Shown piece by piece: positions 27,996-37,666 of a stretch of 64,000 nucleotides of DNA. The translations under genes were made by a program, and so were the position numbers. Below the pieces are notes generated by a model. That model worked only from the letters and a program-made list of their open reading frames with translations. It was not told the DNA's origin and did no database searches. Origin of the DNA: an uncultured Gammaproteobacteria bacterium (lineage in GTDB: Bacteria > Patescibacteriota > Microgenomatia > UBA8517); contig CAYSJW010000009.1 of assembly GCA_964431555.1 (NCBI GenBank), positions 10,413 through 74,412 of the forward strand, written 5' to 3'. Numbering within the stretch: the stretch's first letter is position 1; each line of letters opens with the position of its first letter.

Positions 27996-29060
27996 ATGTT
28001 AAAAATAATTAATCTCGTCGCACTACCTTTACTGGCCGCAGCATTAACCACTTTTTTTATCACTCCCACAATAATCAAAATTGCTTGGAAGATAGGAATC
28101 ATCGATGATCCTAAAAAAAATAAACATCCAAAGGTGATACACACTTACCCAACCCCTAGAGGTGGTGGTTTGGCAATCTTTTCCGGTGTAGTAGTTTCCT
28201 CTTTACTTTTTTTACCTTTGGATAAACATTCAATTGGGATCCTTTTTGGAGGACTTATTCTCAGCATCCTTGGAATTTTGGATGATAAATATAACCTACA
28301 CCCGATTGGAAGGTTAATAGTACAATTTATCGTTGCATGCTTTCCTATAGCTTCCGGTATTGGTATTGCTTATATTTCAAACCCCTTTGGAGGAATAATT
28401 GATCTTTCCCATCCTCAAATAACTTTCTCTTTTTTGGGAGATGAAAAAAGCATCTGGTTACTTTCCGATCTTTTTGCACTCTTTTGGATCGTTACCCTGA
28501 TGAACTTTATCAATATGGGCGCAAAGGGAGTAGACGGACAACTTACAGGAACGGTAATAGTTGCAGCAGCCACGATTTCCATTCTCTCTTTAAAATACAG
28601 TGCCGATATAACCCAATGGCCAGTTATCATTCTCTCATCAATTACTACAGGAGCTTATTTAGGTTTCCTTCCCTGGCACATCTATCCTCAAAAGATAATG
28701 CCTGGTTTTGGAGGATCTACTTTAGCCGGTTTTTTATTGGGTGTCTTGTCTATTCTCTCTACCACTAAAGTAGGTACTTTGATGGTGGTATTAGCAGTCC
28801 CTCTTATAGATACTTCATTTACCATTTTAAGAAGAATATTATCTGGAAAATCACCTTTTTGGGGCGATAGAGGACACCTTCATCACAAGCTTCTTGATCT
28901 TGGTTTAAGTAAAATGGGTGTTGCCTACTTTTATTGGGGGATAACAGCTATTTTAGGAGTAGCTGCCATAAATTTGAACGCCTCATCCAAGTTTTATACA
29001 ATTATTGGGGTATCAATACTCTTGGGAGGAAGCTTAATCTTGCTTACTAAGAAAAAATAA
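27996..29060 (+). CDS. MraY/WecA/TagO-family polyprenyl-phosphate sugar-1-phosphate transferase
   Basis: HTYPTPRGGG, GILDDK, GVDG, DRGHLHHKL. Confidence 0.92.
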   Translation: MLKIINLVALPLLAAALTTFFITPTIIKIAWKIGIIDDPKKNKHPKVIHTYPTPRGGGLAIFSGVVVSSLLFLPLDKHSIGILFGGLILSILGILDDKYNLHPIGRLIVQFIVACFPIASGIGIAYISNPFGGIIDLSHPQITFSFLGDEKSIWLLSDLFALFWIVTLMNFINMGAKGVDGQLTGTVIVAAATISILSLKYSADITQWPVIILSSITTGAYLGFLPWHIYPQKIMPGFGGSTLAGFLLGVLSILSTTKVGTLMVVLAVPLIDTSFTILRRILSGKSPFWGDRGHLHHKLLDLGLSKMGVAYFYWGITAILGVAAINLNASSKFYTIIGVSILLGGSLILLTKKK

Positions 29061-30029
29061 ATGAAAAATAGCCAAAATACCACCATTTTTTTTATCGAAT
29101 TAATTAAATTAATGCGCCCCATTCATTGGATTAAAAACTTTTCAATATTCGCTGCTTTAATATTTTCTGGCAATTTATTTATATCGCAAATGTTCAATAA
29201 GGTTCTTATAGCTTTTTTTTCCTTTTGTTTCGCCTCATCTGCAACCTACGTTTTCAATGACATTTTCGATGCAAAATTAGATAGACTACACCCGATAAAA
29301 AGAAGAAGACCAATAGCTTCTGGTAAAATAAACACTGCCACCGCTAGTGTAATTATTATTATTTTAACTTCCATTTCATTATTTCTCGCTCAAAAATTAA
29401 ACACTCTTTTTTTGTTTACTCTTGTTTCGTATCTTTCGATACAAGCCACCTACTCAATGGGTCTTAAAAATTTCTACGTTGTGGACATATTAATAATCGC
29501 ATCTGGTTTTATATTAAGAGTTTACGCCGGAGCTTTTGTAATCAATTCTCATCTTTCTGTTTGGTTTCTTCTTTGCGTTATCTCAGTCGCACTTTTCTTA
29601 GCAGCTGGAAAGAGAAGGGCAGAACAGGGAACAATCCCTCAAGGAAATACACGAGTTAGTTTAACAAAATATAAAAGGGAGTTACTAAATTCTTATGTAA
29701 CTATGTTCGGCAATGCCGCATGGATGAGTTGGTCTCTCTTTACATTTTTTGAATCTCCCCCTCCCAATCTCCCCGTCTGGCTCTTTCTAGCAGAAATTTC
29801 CAGAACCACAACAATCAGTAAACTTCTCATGTTAACCATACCCGTAGTAATCTTTGGAATCATGCGTTATGAATCACTGATTTTTGAAGACAGAAGTGAA
29901 TCTCCAGAAAGCTTACTTCTTAAAGACAGGGCGTTGGTCTTTTCAGTACTTCTTTGGGTATTTATGATTGTAACTATACTTTACGGAAGCACCTCCCTAA
30001 ATTTTTTTCAAAACTTCAGAACATCTTAA
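29061..30029 (+). CDS. UbiA-family decaprenyl-phosphate phosphoribosyltransferase-like protein
   Basis: RPIHWIKN, YVFNDIFD..DRLHP.KR.RPIASG, GFILR, GKRRAE. Confidence 0.9.
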   Translation: MKNSQNTTIFFIELIKLMRPIHWIKNFSIFAALIFSGNLFISQMFNKVLIAFFSFCFASSATYVFNDIFDAKLDRLHPIKRRRPIASGKINTATASVIIIILTSISLFLAQKLNTLFLFTLVSYLSIQATYSMGLKNFYVVDILIIASGFILRVYAGAFVINSHLSVWFLLCVISVALFLAAGKRRAEQGTIPQGNTRVSLTKYKRELLNSYVTMFGNAAWMSWSLFTFFESPPPNLPVWLFLAEISRTTTISKLLMLTIPVVIFGIMRYESLIFEDRSESPESLLLKDRALVFSVLLWVFMIVTILYGSTSLNFFQNFRTS

Positions 30030-30922
30030 GGCGTAGGTGTTAATATCTGTGAGGGAGTAACTGACACTAATTCAATTTTCTCAGCATATTGATTGGTTAT
30101 CCACCCTTCGCTCTCATCACCAGTTTTTTCATTTACAAACTTTATTTTATACCAACCAGTCTTTTCATCCACCTCTAAAAGTTCATACTCGTTTCCCGGC
30201 TCAACTGTCCCTATTTCCTTCCCTGAAATAGACGGTTCATTCCTCACCCTCAAAAATCCTGTAGGAGTTGAAAGAATTTTAACCTTGTTTTTAATATCCT
30301 CTTCTTTAACTATTTCCTCAATATTACCAACCATCTCTTCATCCCCTCCACTTTTTTTTGCTAGTTTAACGATTGCTATAAGTTTGTAACCTTGGTAAGT
30401 TTTAATATCTATTTTTCTTTCTTGATAACCATCCATTCTTAAAATAAGCTGGTGAGGACCTGGCATTATTGATGTCGTTCTATGGGGGGTAAAGGCTCTT
30501 TCAAATCCATCGATTATAAGCTCTACCGAATCAGGAATTGATACAACAGCCAAACTTACCTGATCTTTGTCAACCTTTTCAAAAGATATTATCTCGCCAC
30601 TTGAAGTTTCCTCACTTTCTCCAAATTCTCTTCTAATTACTGTCTTGACTCCCTGTACAAGGTCAATCTTGGTTTCATAAGGAACCAAAGGTTTATCAAT
30701 TGAATCCGGAACAAGTTTTACAACAATTTCGCCCGGCTTTAGATTTTTTGGATAAGGAGTCCTCCCTACTTCCACTCCATCAATGAAAACTGTTGCCAAA
30801 GGAGTAGTTTCTATATATATTCCAGCCACCTTGGGTTTAAGAATACTGAAAACTAAATATGCAAAACCAACAAGAGAAATCAATCCTAATATAATCAAAA
30901 GTGTTATCTTGACTTTTTTCAT
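30026..30922 (-). CDS. Membrane-anchored PEGA + bacterial SH3 domain protein
   Basis: N-terminal TM; ATVFIDG..GRTP (PEGA); GFLRVR.EPS...GWYKI...EGWIT (SH3b). Confidence 0.88.
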   Translation of the reverse strand: MKKVKITLLIILGLISLVGFAYLVFSILKPKVAGIYIETTPLATVFIDGVEVGRTPYPKNLKPGEIVVKLVPDSIDKPLVPYETKIDLVQGVKTVIRREFGESEETSSGEIISFEKVDKDQVSLAVVSIPDSVELIIDGFERAFTPHRTTSIMPGPHQLILRMDGYQERKIDIKTYQGYKLIAIVKLAKKSGGDEEMVGNIEEIVKEEDIKNKVKILSTPTGFLRVRNEPSISGKEIGTVEPGNEYELLEVDEKTGWYKIKFVNEKTGDESEGWITNQYAEKIELVSVTPSQILTPTP

Positions 30923-30954
30923 TGATTTCGAAGTTTACATCAAAACTTACCTTC

Positions 30955-31014
30955 TTGACAAATAGAAAATCATTTAATATTATAATTTTAGCACTTTACA
31001 ATAGAGAGTGCTAA
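30955..31014 (+). promoter_or_regulatory. Sigma70 promoter plus CIRCE operator (HrcA) for hsp20
   Basis: TTGACA (30955-60), 17 nt, TATTAT (30978-83); TTAGCACTT-N9-GAGTGCTAA at 30988-31014. Confidence 0.9.
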
Positions 31015-31053
31015 TTGCATCAAATTTAAAATTGAAAGGGGGTGAGAATCAAA

Positions 31054-31464
31054 ATGGTAGATTTAGTCAGACGGGATCCTTTCAGAAGCATTTTCAGCTG
31101 GCCACGATGGTTGGATGAATGGGAAGAAGAATTTCCAACTCTAACAACTTCGCGAGGATTAAGAATACACGAAGATGAAAAAAACATTTATGTAGATGCC
31201 GTTGTTGCCGGTGTTCCCGCTGAAGATGTAGAAGTTGACATAGAAGATGGAGTAGTAACCATCAAGGCAGAAAAGAAATCCGAAGAAAAGAAAAAAGGAG
31301 AATACAGAGCCTCATTATATAATTACTACTACACTTGCGCCTTGTCAGGTGGTCAGTGGGATAAAGCCAGCGCGGAGGTATCAAATGGAGTTTTAGAATT
31401 AACTATTCCCAAAACCGAAGCGGCAAGACCAAGAAAGATAACCGTTAAAGCAAAAAACAAATAA
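31054..31464 (+). CDS. Hsp20/alpha-crystallin small heat-shock protein
   Basis: AGVPAEDVEVDIEDGVVTI, ASAEVSNGVLELTIPK, C-terminal ITV; SD AAAGGGGGTGA supports ATG 31054. Confidence 0.93.
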   Translation: MVDLVRRDPFRSIFSWPRWLDEWEEEFPTLTTSRGLRIHEDEKNIYVDAVVAGVPAEDVEVDIEDGVVTIKAEKKSEEKKKGEYRASLYNYYYTCALSGGQWDKASAEVSNGVLELTIPKTEAARPRKITVKAKNK

Positions 31465-31481
31465 AATCTTTTTAAATCTCT

Positions 31482-31528
31482 AAAAACAGACACTCCATAC
31501 TCTAATAAAGTGTGGAGTGTTTGTTTTT
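31482..31528. terminator. Terminator hairpin after hsp20
   Basis: AAAAACAGACACTCCATAC / GTGTGGAGTGTTTGTTTTT inverted repeat. Confidence 0.75.
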
Positions 31529-31561
31529 CAAACAAAATAATATAAAATAACTTCAAAACAA

Positions 31562-31633
31562 GGCCTGGTGGCGAAGTGGAAACGCTGCGGTCTGCAAAAC
31601 CGCGATGCAAGGGTTCGATTCCCTTCCAGGCCT
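31562..31633 (+). tRNA. tRNA-Cys(GCA), CCA not encoded
   Basis: Acceptor GGCCTGG/CCAGGCC, anticodon arm GCGGT-CTGCAAA-ACCGC, T-arm AAGGG-TTCGATT-CCCTT, discriminator U. Confidence 0.96.
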
Positions 31634-31872
31634 CAAAATTAATTTCTTGGATGTACCGGATATAATTTCTTTCTCTTTCTGCCCTAAAAGGTTTAGGCTC
31701 AAAACCTAAGGTCATCCAGCTGAAAATAGAAGTTACAAGCTTTCTGGCTTTGTGGATTAGTATAATATCAGAAGAGGTTATGGTTCCTTAAAAAGTTAGC
31801 AGATTAGGAAAAAACCATAAACCAACTAAAAACAGGTCAACTTTAAACCAATAAAAAAGGTGAAAAGTAGCA

Positions 31873-32241
31873 ATGTTTAACAAACTTTTTGCAAATTGTC
31901 TTCTGGTTAATAATTTTGAAAAATCCCTGACATTTTATCGTGACATTCTGGGGCTAGAAGTAAATAACCAAGAAGAAAAATTTGCAGATTTCAAACTTGA
32001 AGGCACAACTTTAGCAATCTTTGAAAAAGAAGCCGCAACAGCTATGTTTTCTAAAGAGTATATGAGGCATGGAGGTGGTGTTGTTCTGGCTTTTCAAGTA
32101 AAAGATCTGAACACCGCCTGCGATGAATTAAAAGCCAAGGGTGTTAATATTTTTGAGGGACCGAAGAAAACAGAGTGGGGACAGAAGGTCGCCTACTTTA
32201 AAGATCCGGACGGAAATATATGGGAGATGTCTGAATTATGA
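31873..32241 (+). CDS. VOC/glyoxalase-bleomycin-resistance family protein
   Basis: FYRDILGL, WGQKVAYFKDPDGNIWE. Confidence 0.92.
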   Translation: MFNKLFANCLLVNNFEKSLTFYRDILGLEVNNQEEKFADFKLEGTTLAIFEKEAATAMFSKEYMRHGGGVVLAFQVKDLNTACDELKAKGVNIFEGPKKTEWGQKVAYFKDPDGNIWEMSEL

Positions 32242-33206
32242 AGCTTAAATACAAAGTTATAAAAGAAATTAAGCCAACATCACCTTTTAATTTCAATACC
32301 ACCTTTTTTAAACCGGACCACTTTACCTCCAGTGATAACTACTGGCAACCCGGTATTCGTTGGCAGACTTGGTGGTGGCAAGGTAAAGAATTCGGACTAA
32401 AGTTTGAAAATAAGGGAACGATCGAGAAACCAAAAATATCTGTAAGCATTTACTCTGTAGCAAAACCCAATCAAAAATTAACGGATTCACTAATTGAAGA
32501 AATTAAATATCGCTACAATTTAGGTCTCGAACTTGGCGATTTTTACAAAAAATTTCCCAAAGATAAATTTTTAGGCCCCGTTTTCAAAAGACTTAGAGGA
32601 ACAAGACCGGGACATCCAAGCTCTCTATATGAGTACTTAATCATCGGAATAGTACTTCAAAATGCAAGAATCGGACGGTCTATCCAAATGTTTAAGGCTT
32701 TGCTTGAGAAATATGGCAAGCTTTTAGAATTTGACGACAAAAAACTTTGGTGTTCCTGGGCACCAGGTGCTCTAAAAAATGTAACCGAGGAGGAACTGCG
32801 AGCCCTAAAAGTTGGCTATCGGGCAAAATCAATAAAAAGGATCGATGATTACTTTAGCCAAGGACTTATTGATGAAATAAAACTTAGGAAAAAAGATAGA
32901 GAAACACAAATTAAAGAGCTCTTAAAGCTTTATGGAGTTGGACCTGCTACTGTCTGGTATCTTCTGTTTGATGTCTTCCACCACTGGGATTTTTTCAACC
33001 ATATTTCACCTTGGGAACAAAAGATTTATTCAAAGTTATTCTTCAACCAAAGCCCTGAAAAGCCTGTTTCTACTGAAAAACTCCTAAAATTTATCGAAAG
33101 ATACGGGAAGTATAAACAGCTTGCAGTTCACTACATCTGGGAAGATTTATGGTGGAAACACAAGAAAAAGCCGATTCCTTGGCTTGCGAAGTTGATTAGA
33201 ACATAG
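32238..33206 (+). CDS. HhH-GPD superfamily DNA glycosylase (AlkA/OGG-like, atypical)
   Basis: YEYLIIGIVLQN, LKVGYRAK, HhH LLKLYGVGPAT; ATGA overlap with the VOC gene. Confidence 0.8.
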   Translation: MKLKYKVIKEIKPTSPFNFNTTFFKPDHFTSSDNYWQPGIRWQTWWWQGKEFGLKFENKGTIEKPKISVSIYSVAKPNQKLTDSLIEEIKYRYNLGLELGDFYKKFPKDKFLGPVFKRLRGTRPGHPSSLYEYLIIGIVLQNARIGRSIQMFKALLEKYGKLLEFDDKKLWCSWAPGALKNVTEEELRALKVGYRAKSIKRIDDYFSQGLIDEIKLRKKDRETQIKELLKLYGVGPATVWYLLFDVFHHWDFFNHISPWEQKIYSKLFFNQSPEKPVSTEKLLKFIERYGKYKQLAVHYIWEDLWWKHKKKPIPWLAKLIRT

Positions 33207-33310
33207 CCGCAATACCGGGTGTTGAGCAAGTTAAACAACGGGTAATTTGAGGAAAAAGCTATCTAAAAAACACTCCTTACTCAACTCATCTACTTCCTAA
33301 ATTAAGATAT

Positions 33311-33964
33311 TTAAGTACTCTCTAAACTTCTCCACAAGTACCAACTGGCAATAGTCCTGTAAGGCTTCCAACGTAGCGAAAAAATTTCCATTTCACTCCT
33401 ATTTAAATCTTTACCAATAATTTTTTTAAAGGCATTCCTTAGTCCCAAATCCTCAATAGGAAAAATATCAGGTCTTGCCAACGTAAACATAAGAAACATT
33501 TTGGAAGTCCAAATCCCTATCCCCTTAATTTTGAGGAGCTCTTGCATAACTTCTTCATCCGATAGTCTATCAAGTTTTCTTATTTCCAGTTTATTACTCA
33601 AAACCATTTCCGATAAACATTTTATGTAATAAATCTTAGCTTTAGATAAACCGCAACTGCGAAGTTCTTTATCCGGAAGACTTAGAATTTTCTCTGGTGT
33701 AATTTTAACATTTAAAGTTTTTGCTTCCCTCCACTTATGCTTTTTTGTCTTTTTAAAACCAACTTTGTCATAAATTTTTTCTTTAATTCTCTCAAAAATT
33801 TTGGCAGCTGCCCTCATTGACAATTGTTGCTGAACAATTGAATCCAGCAAATCCTCGAAATAATATTCTTTACCTCTCGGCTTAATACTGCATGAACCGT
33901 ATTTTAAAACCAACGGTCCAATATACTCATCCTTTAATAAGAATTCTTCAGCATTTTTCCACAT
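33311..33964 (-). CDS. DNA-3-methyladenine glycosylase II (AlkA family)
   Basis: SIVQQQLS, GLSKAK, IKGIGIWT, PDIFPIEDLGLR, WKPYRTIASWYLW. Confidence 0.92.
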   Translation of the reverse strand: MWKNAEEFLLKDEYIGPLVLKYGSCSIKPRGKEYYFEDLLDSIVQQQLSMRAAAKIFERIKEKIYDKVGFKKTKKHKWREAKTLNVKITPEKILSLPDKELRSCGLSKAKIYYIKCLSEMVLSNKLEIRKLDRLSDEEVMQELLKIKGIGIWTSKMFLMFTLARPDIFPIEDLGLRNAFKKIIGKDLNRSEMEIFSLRWKPYRTIASWYLWRSLEST

Positions 33965-34041
33965 AAGAAGAAATTATAAAAAATTGAGGCGATTTAATTA
34001 ATTACTAATTAAAGAAATCTTAATAACCACCAACTAATATT

Positions 34042-35670
34042 TTAGTAATCCATTCCCCCACCCATTCCACCGGGTACAGAGGGCTCTTTTTTCTCCTCCG
34101 GCATATCAGCTACCAATCCTTCTGTAGTTAAAACCATCATGGCAACGGAGGCCGCATTTTGCAAGGCAGCACGAGTAACCTTTAAAGGATCTAGTATACC
34201 AAATTTCGTCATTGAACCAAAAGTACCGGTTAATGCGTTATATCCATAATCACCATCTTTACTTTCTTCCACCTTTCTCAAAACATAACCATCATCCTCT
34301 CCAGAATTCTTTGCCAACCAGCGAAGTGGCTGTTCAAGAACTCCTTTAACAATATCTATTCCCACCTGTTCATCTTCTGTTTCTCCTTTTAAGTTATCCA
34401 AAACAGACCTGGACCTTAATAGTGCTACTCCTCCTCCAGGAACTATACCTTCTTCAATTGCAGCCTTTGTTGCCCCCACAGCATCCTTAACTCTTTCTTT
34501 CTTCTCATTTAACTCAATTTCCGTTGCCGCACCAACATTGATCTGAGCAACACCACCCGACAACTTCGCCAACCTCTCTTCTAATTTTTCTCTGTCAAAA
34601 TCAGAGTCCGTCTCTTTAATCTGCCTTTGTAAAAGAGAAATTCTAGCTTTTATCTTGGAAGAATCACCTTTACCACCAATTATTCTCGCATTGTCTTTAT
34701 CAGCCCAAACCTTATCGGCTTGACCTAAATCTGAAATTTCCAAAGACTCAAATGTTCTACCCGTATCTTCGCTAATTACAGTTCCTCCGGTTAGAATTGC
34801 AATGTCTTCCAACATCTCTTTCCTTCTATCACCAAAGCCCGGAGCCTTAACAGCCAAAACATTAAATGTACCTTTTAGTTTATTAACTACCAAAGTCGCC
34901 AAAGCCTCACCCTCAACTTCATCAGCAATTATCACCAAATTCTTTGAAACTTTTACAAACTTTTCCAAAAATGGAAGAAATTCCTGTATCGAAGAGATCT
35001 TTTTGTCTGTAAGAAGGATATAAGCATCCTCAACCTCTGCCTCCATTTTTTCAGGATTGGTTACAAAATAAGGAGAAACATAACCTCTGTCAAATTCCAT
35101 CCCTTCTTTATATTCGATATCTATTGTAAGGCCCTTTCCTTCTTCTACAGTGACCACACCATCTCTTCCAACTTTATCTAAAGCCTCTGCTATCTTTGCC
35201 CCAATCGCCGAATCCCCCGCAGAAATTGTTGCTACCTGTTCTATCTCTTCTCTGTTTTTTATAGGCTTCGAGATTTTCTTTAACTCATTTACTACAGCCT
35301 CAACCGCTTTCTCAATTCCCCTTTTGACAACCATCGGATTGGCACCTGCCGCTATATTTTTCATCCCTGCCGCGGTTAACTGTTGAGCCAAAAGAGTTGC
35401 CGTTGTCGTCCCATCTCCTGCTACATCGTTTGTTTTATCTGCCGCTTCCTTTACAAGCTGTGCTCCCATATTCTCAAAGGGATCTTTGAGTTCTATTTCT
35501 TTTGCAACTGTAACTCCGTCATGAACTATATTTGGCGCTCCCCACTTTTTATCAAGAGCTATATTTCGCCCTTTAGGTCCAAGTGTAGTTACAACTGCTT
35601 TTGCCACAACATCAATTCCTCTCATTAAGGATTGCCTGGCATCATCTGAAAATTTTAGTTGTTTTGCCAT
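34042..35670 (-). CDS. groL: Chaperonin GroEL
   Basis: [18 protein letters not shown] tail; SD GGAGG. Confidence 0.99.
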   Translation of the reverse strand: MAKQLKFSDDARQSLMRGIDVVAKAVVTTLGPKGRNIALDKKWGAPNIVHDGVTVAKEIELKDPFENMGAQLVKEAADKTNDVAGDGTTTATLLAQQLTAAGMKNIAAGANPMVVKRGIEKAVEAVVNELKKISKPIKNREEIEQVATISAGDSAIGAKIAEALDKVGRDGVVTVEEGKGLTIDIEYKEGMEFDRGYVSPYFVTNPEKMEAEVEDAYILLTDKKISSIQEFLPFLEKFVKVSKNLVIIADEVEGEALATLVVNKLKGTFNVLAVKAPGFGDRRKEMLEDIAILTGGTVISEDTGRTFESLEISDLGQADKVWADKDNARIIGGKGDSSKIKARISLLQRQIKETDSDFDREKLEERLAKLSGGVAQINVGAATEIELNEKKERVKDAVGATKAAIEEGIVPGGGVALLRSRSVLDNLKGETEDEQVGIDIVKGVLEQPLRWLAKNSGEDDGYVLRKVEESKDGDYGYNALTGTFGSMTKFGILDPLKVTRAALQNAASVAMMVLTTEGLVADMPEEKKEPSVPGGMGGGMDY

Positions 35671-35712
35671 ATTTTTTTATCCTCCTTTTCCAATAAAAGT
35701 TGGTAAATAAAA

Positions 35713-36027
35713 TTAAGAACCTACAACCGCAAGTATATCATCAAATTTTGCAAATAAATATTCTTTACCTTCAACCTTAACTTCGTTGCCACCCCATTTT
35801 TTGTAAATTACCAAATCTCCAACCTTAACCGGAGATTTTCTTTTTGTTCCATAATCAGTTATTTCATCATCCCCCACAGCGAGAACTTTACCCTGCTGAG
35901 GCTTTTCACCTGCAGAATCAGGCAAATATATACCAGAGGAAGTTTTTTCCTCTTTTTCGGTTGGCTCGATTAGAAGATAGCCGGCAACCGGCTTTAAATT
36001 AATTTTAACCGATGATAGCTTACTCAT
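35713..36027 (-). CDS. groS: Co-chaperonin GroES
   Basis: TSSGIYLPD, GKVLAVG, VKVGD; ATG 36027 lies downstream of the CIRCE. Confidence 0.97.
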   Translation of the reverse strand: MSKLSSVKINLKPVAGYLLIEPTEKEEKTSSGIYLPDSAGEKPQQGKVLAVGDDEITDYGTKRKSPVKVGDLVIYKKWGGNEVKVEGKEYLFAKFDDILAVVGS

Positions 36028-36038
36028 AATACTTACGT

Positions 36039-36093
36039 TTAGCAAACAATTATAACGAGTGCTATTTTAATAAAATTTATTTTTATTTGTCAA
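36039..36093 (-). promoter_or_regulatory. groESL promoter with a degenerate CIRCE
   Basis: TTAGCAAAC-N9-GAGTGCTAT at 36039-36065; minus-strand TTGACA (36088-93), 18 nt, TAAAAT (36064-69). Confidence 0.85.
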
Positions 36094-36129
36094 GAGGTTA
36101 TTTGAATTTTTTTGCTCTTATGGGTTTAC

Positions 36130-37548
36130 TCAATTAATTTTTAAACCATATTTACTCAATATCTGTCTAAGTTCTTGGGATCTTGATCTTAATGTTTTTT
36201 CGGATACATCACTATTAACAATTTTTTTATACAACTCATTCACTAAGCTATTTATTCCATTCGGACCATCGGTTGGATTATCTGCTAAATAAAAACTACC
36301 CGAGTCATAAGCAAAGTTTATAACTGACCCTAATATAGGATCTTGAATCAAACTTTCATTCATATATGGTCTTGGGTAAATCCTTCTAAATGTTTCTATT
36401 TTCGCAATATTGTCATTTATTTCCACCAAAGATTTTTCCTCGGCTAAAAATTTCAAAAACTTCCAAGCATCTTCTTTAACATTACTTTTTTCTGAAACAC
36501 CCTGCACCCAGTATGTAGCGTAGGAATAATCTGGATCATTGGGATTATTTTTTCTAATTTGAGGCAATTTTACAGTTCTAAATTTTAAATTCCGATTTGC
36601 CTCAATTATTTCTCTAGCCCGTCTTGTCGGTCCAAAATACATCGCAAGCTCCCCCCTCGCAAAAGCAATTGTAGATTTTGGCAATGTGTTATTCCAAACA
36701 TTGGCCTTGGAAAAATCCTTGTAAAAGGTAATAGCAGACTTAGCGAGATAACCTTCTGGTTTGGCAGGATTTACTCTGTTTTGTAGTAACATCAATCCAA
36801 TAATTTCAGGCCAATGATCAATATTATCGGTAATCCCCAAAGCCACACCACTTTGCATAATTATCTTTCTATCTTTAGCTTGAGTTAGCTCAACTGCCAA
36901 AGGTTTTACTTCATCCCAAAATTCAGGTGGACTTTTTAAAGAAGATGTAAAAATATCTTCATTGATAAAAAGTGCCAGCGCATCATATTCCAATGGAATT
37001 CCCACAATCCCCTTTTGCAAACTTAAATTACTAACAATTATAGGGTAGAAACTCTTTTCATATTCCGCCCTTGACATTATTGACTCCGGCATAACCGCCA
37101 GTTCATTCCTGAAAACAACAGGCCAAGTGTTGTGTATCTCAAAAATATCAGGTCCCTTCCCGGAAGCTAGTGAATTAATTAATCTGACCTGATAATCCTT
37201 TTCCGATTGTTTCTCATACCTTATCTTTATATTCGGATGACTCCTCTCGTACTCATCTATCAAAGATTTATAAACACTTAAATCATGCTGAATACCCCAC
37301 CAAACAATCTCTCCTTTATCCTTACCTTGACCGTTAGAGCGAAGGCTTATCTTTATAAATAAATAAAACAAAGACAGTAAAACCATTATCAGTAAAATAA
37401 ATCCAAGATATTTCACAAACCTAAAGTACTTTTTGATTTTTACACTTTTCTCAATATCAACCTGTTCAGAAAAATCCTTATCAGTAGATTCTCCTATTAT
37501 TGTCTGTTCCAATTCGACATTTTTCTTCTCTACCTCAAGATCTTCCAT
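36130..37548 (-). CDS. Membrane-anchored extracellular solute-binding protein (sugar-type SBP family 1), with no permease beside it
   Basis: TM, IVWWG, GKGPDIF, LALFINED, FARGELAM, AWKFLKFL. Confidence 0.85.
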   Translation of the reverse strand: MEDLEVEKKNVELEQTIIGESTDKDFSEQVDIEKSVKIKKYFRFVKYLGFILLIMVLLSLFYLFIKISLRSNGQGKDKGEIVWWGIQHDLSVYKSLIDEYERSHPNIKIRYEKQSEKDYQVRLINSLASGKGPDIFEIHNTWPVVFRNELAVMPESIMSRAEYEKSFYPIIVSNLSLQKGIVGIPLEYDALALFINEDIFTSSLKSPPEFWDEVKPLAVELTQAKDRKIIMQSGVALGITDNIDHWPEIIGLMLLQNRVNPAKPEGYLAKSAITFYKDFSKANVWNNTLPKSTIAFARGELAMYFGPTRRAREIIEANRNLKFRTVKLPQIRKNNPNDPDYSYATYWVQGVSEKSNVKEDAWKFLKFLAEEKSLVEINDNIAKIETFRRIYPRPYMNESLIQDPILGSVINFAYDSGSFYLADNPTDGPNGINSLVNELYKKIVNSDVSEKTLRSRSQELRQILSKYGLKIN

Positions 37549-37666
37549 AATAATTTTCTTCCTTTTTAATAATACTTACGTTTATTCTGCAAAAACAAAA
37601 TGCATTAATATATACTTCATAGTATAGATTAGGTCATCTACTAGAATAAAGATAGTATTTAAAAAT

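Noticed and set aside
31353-31715. 120-aa minus-strand ORF
   Set aside because: Antisense to hsp20, its terminator and tRNA-Cys; a shadow ORF.
31634-31872. Integrative element at tRNA-Cys
   Set aside because: No integrase and no duplicated tRNA 3' end found downstream.
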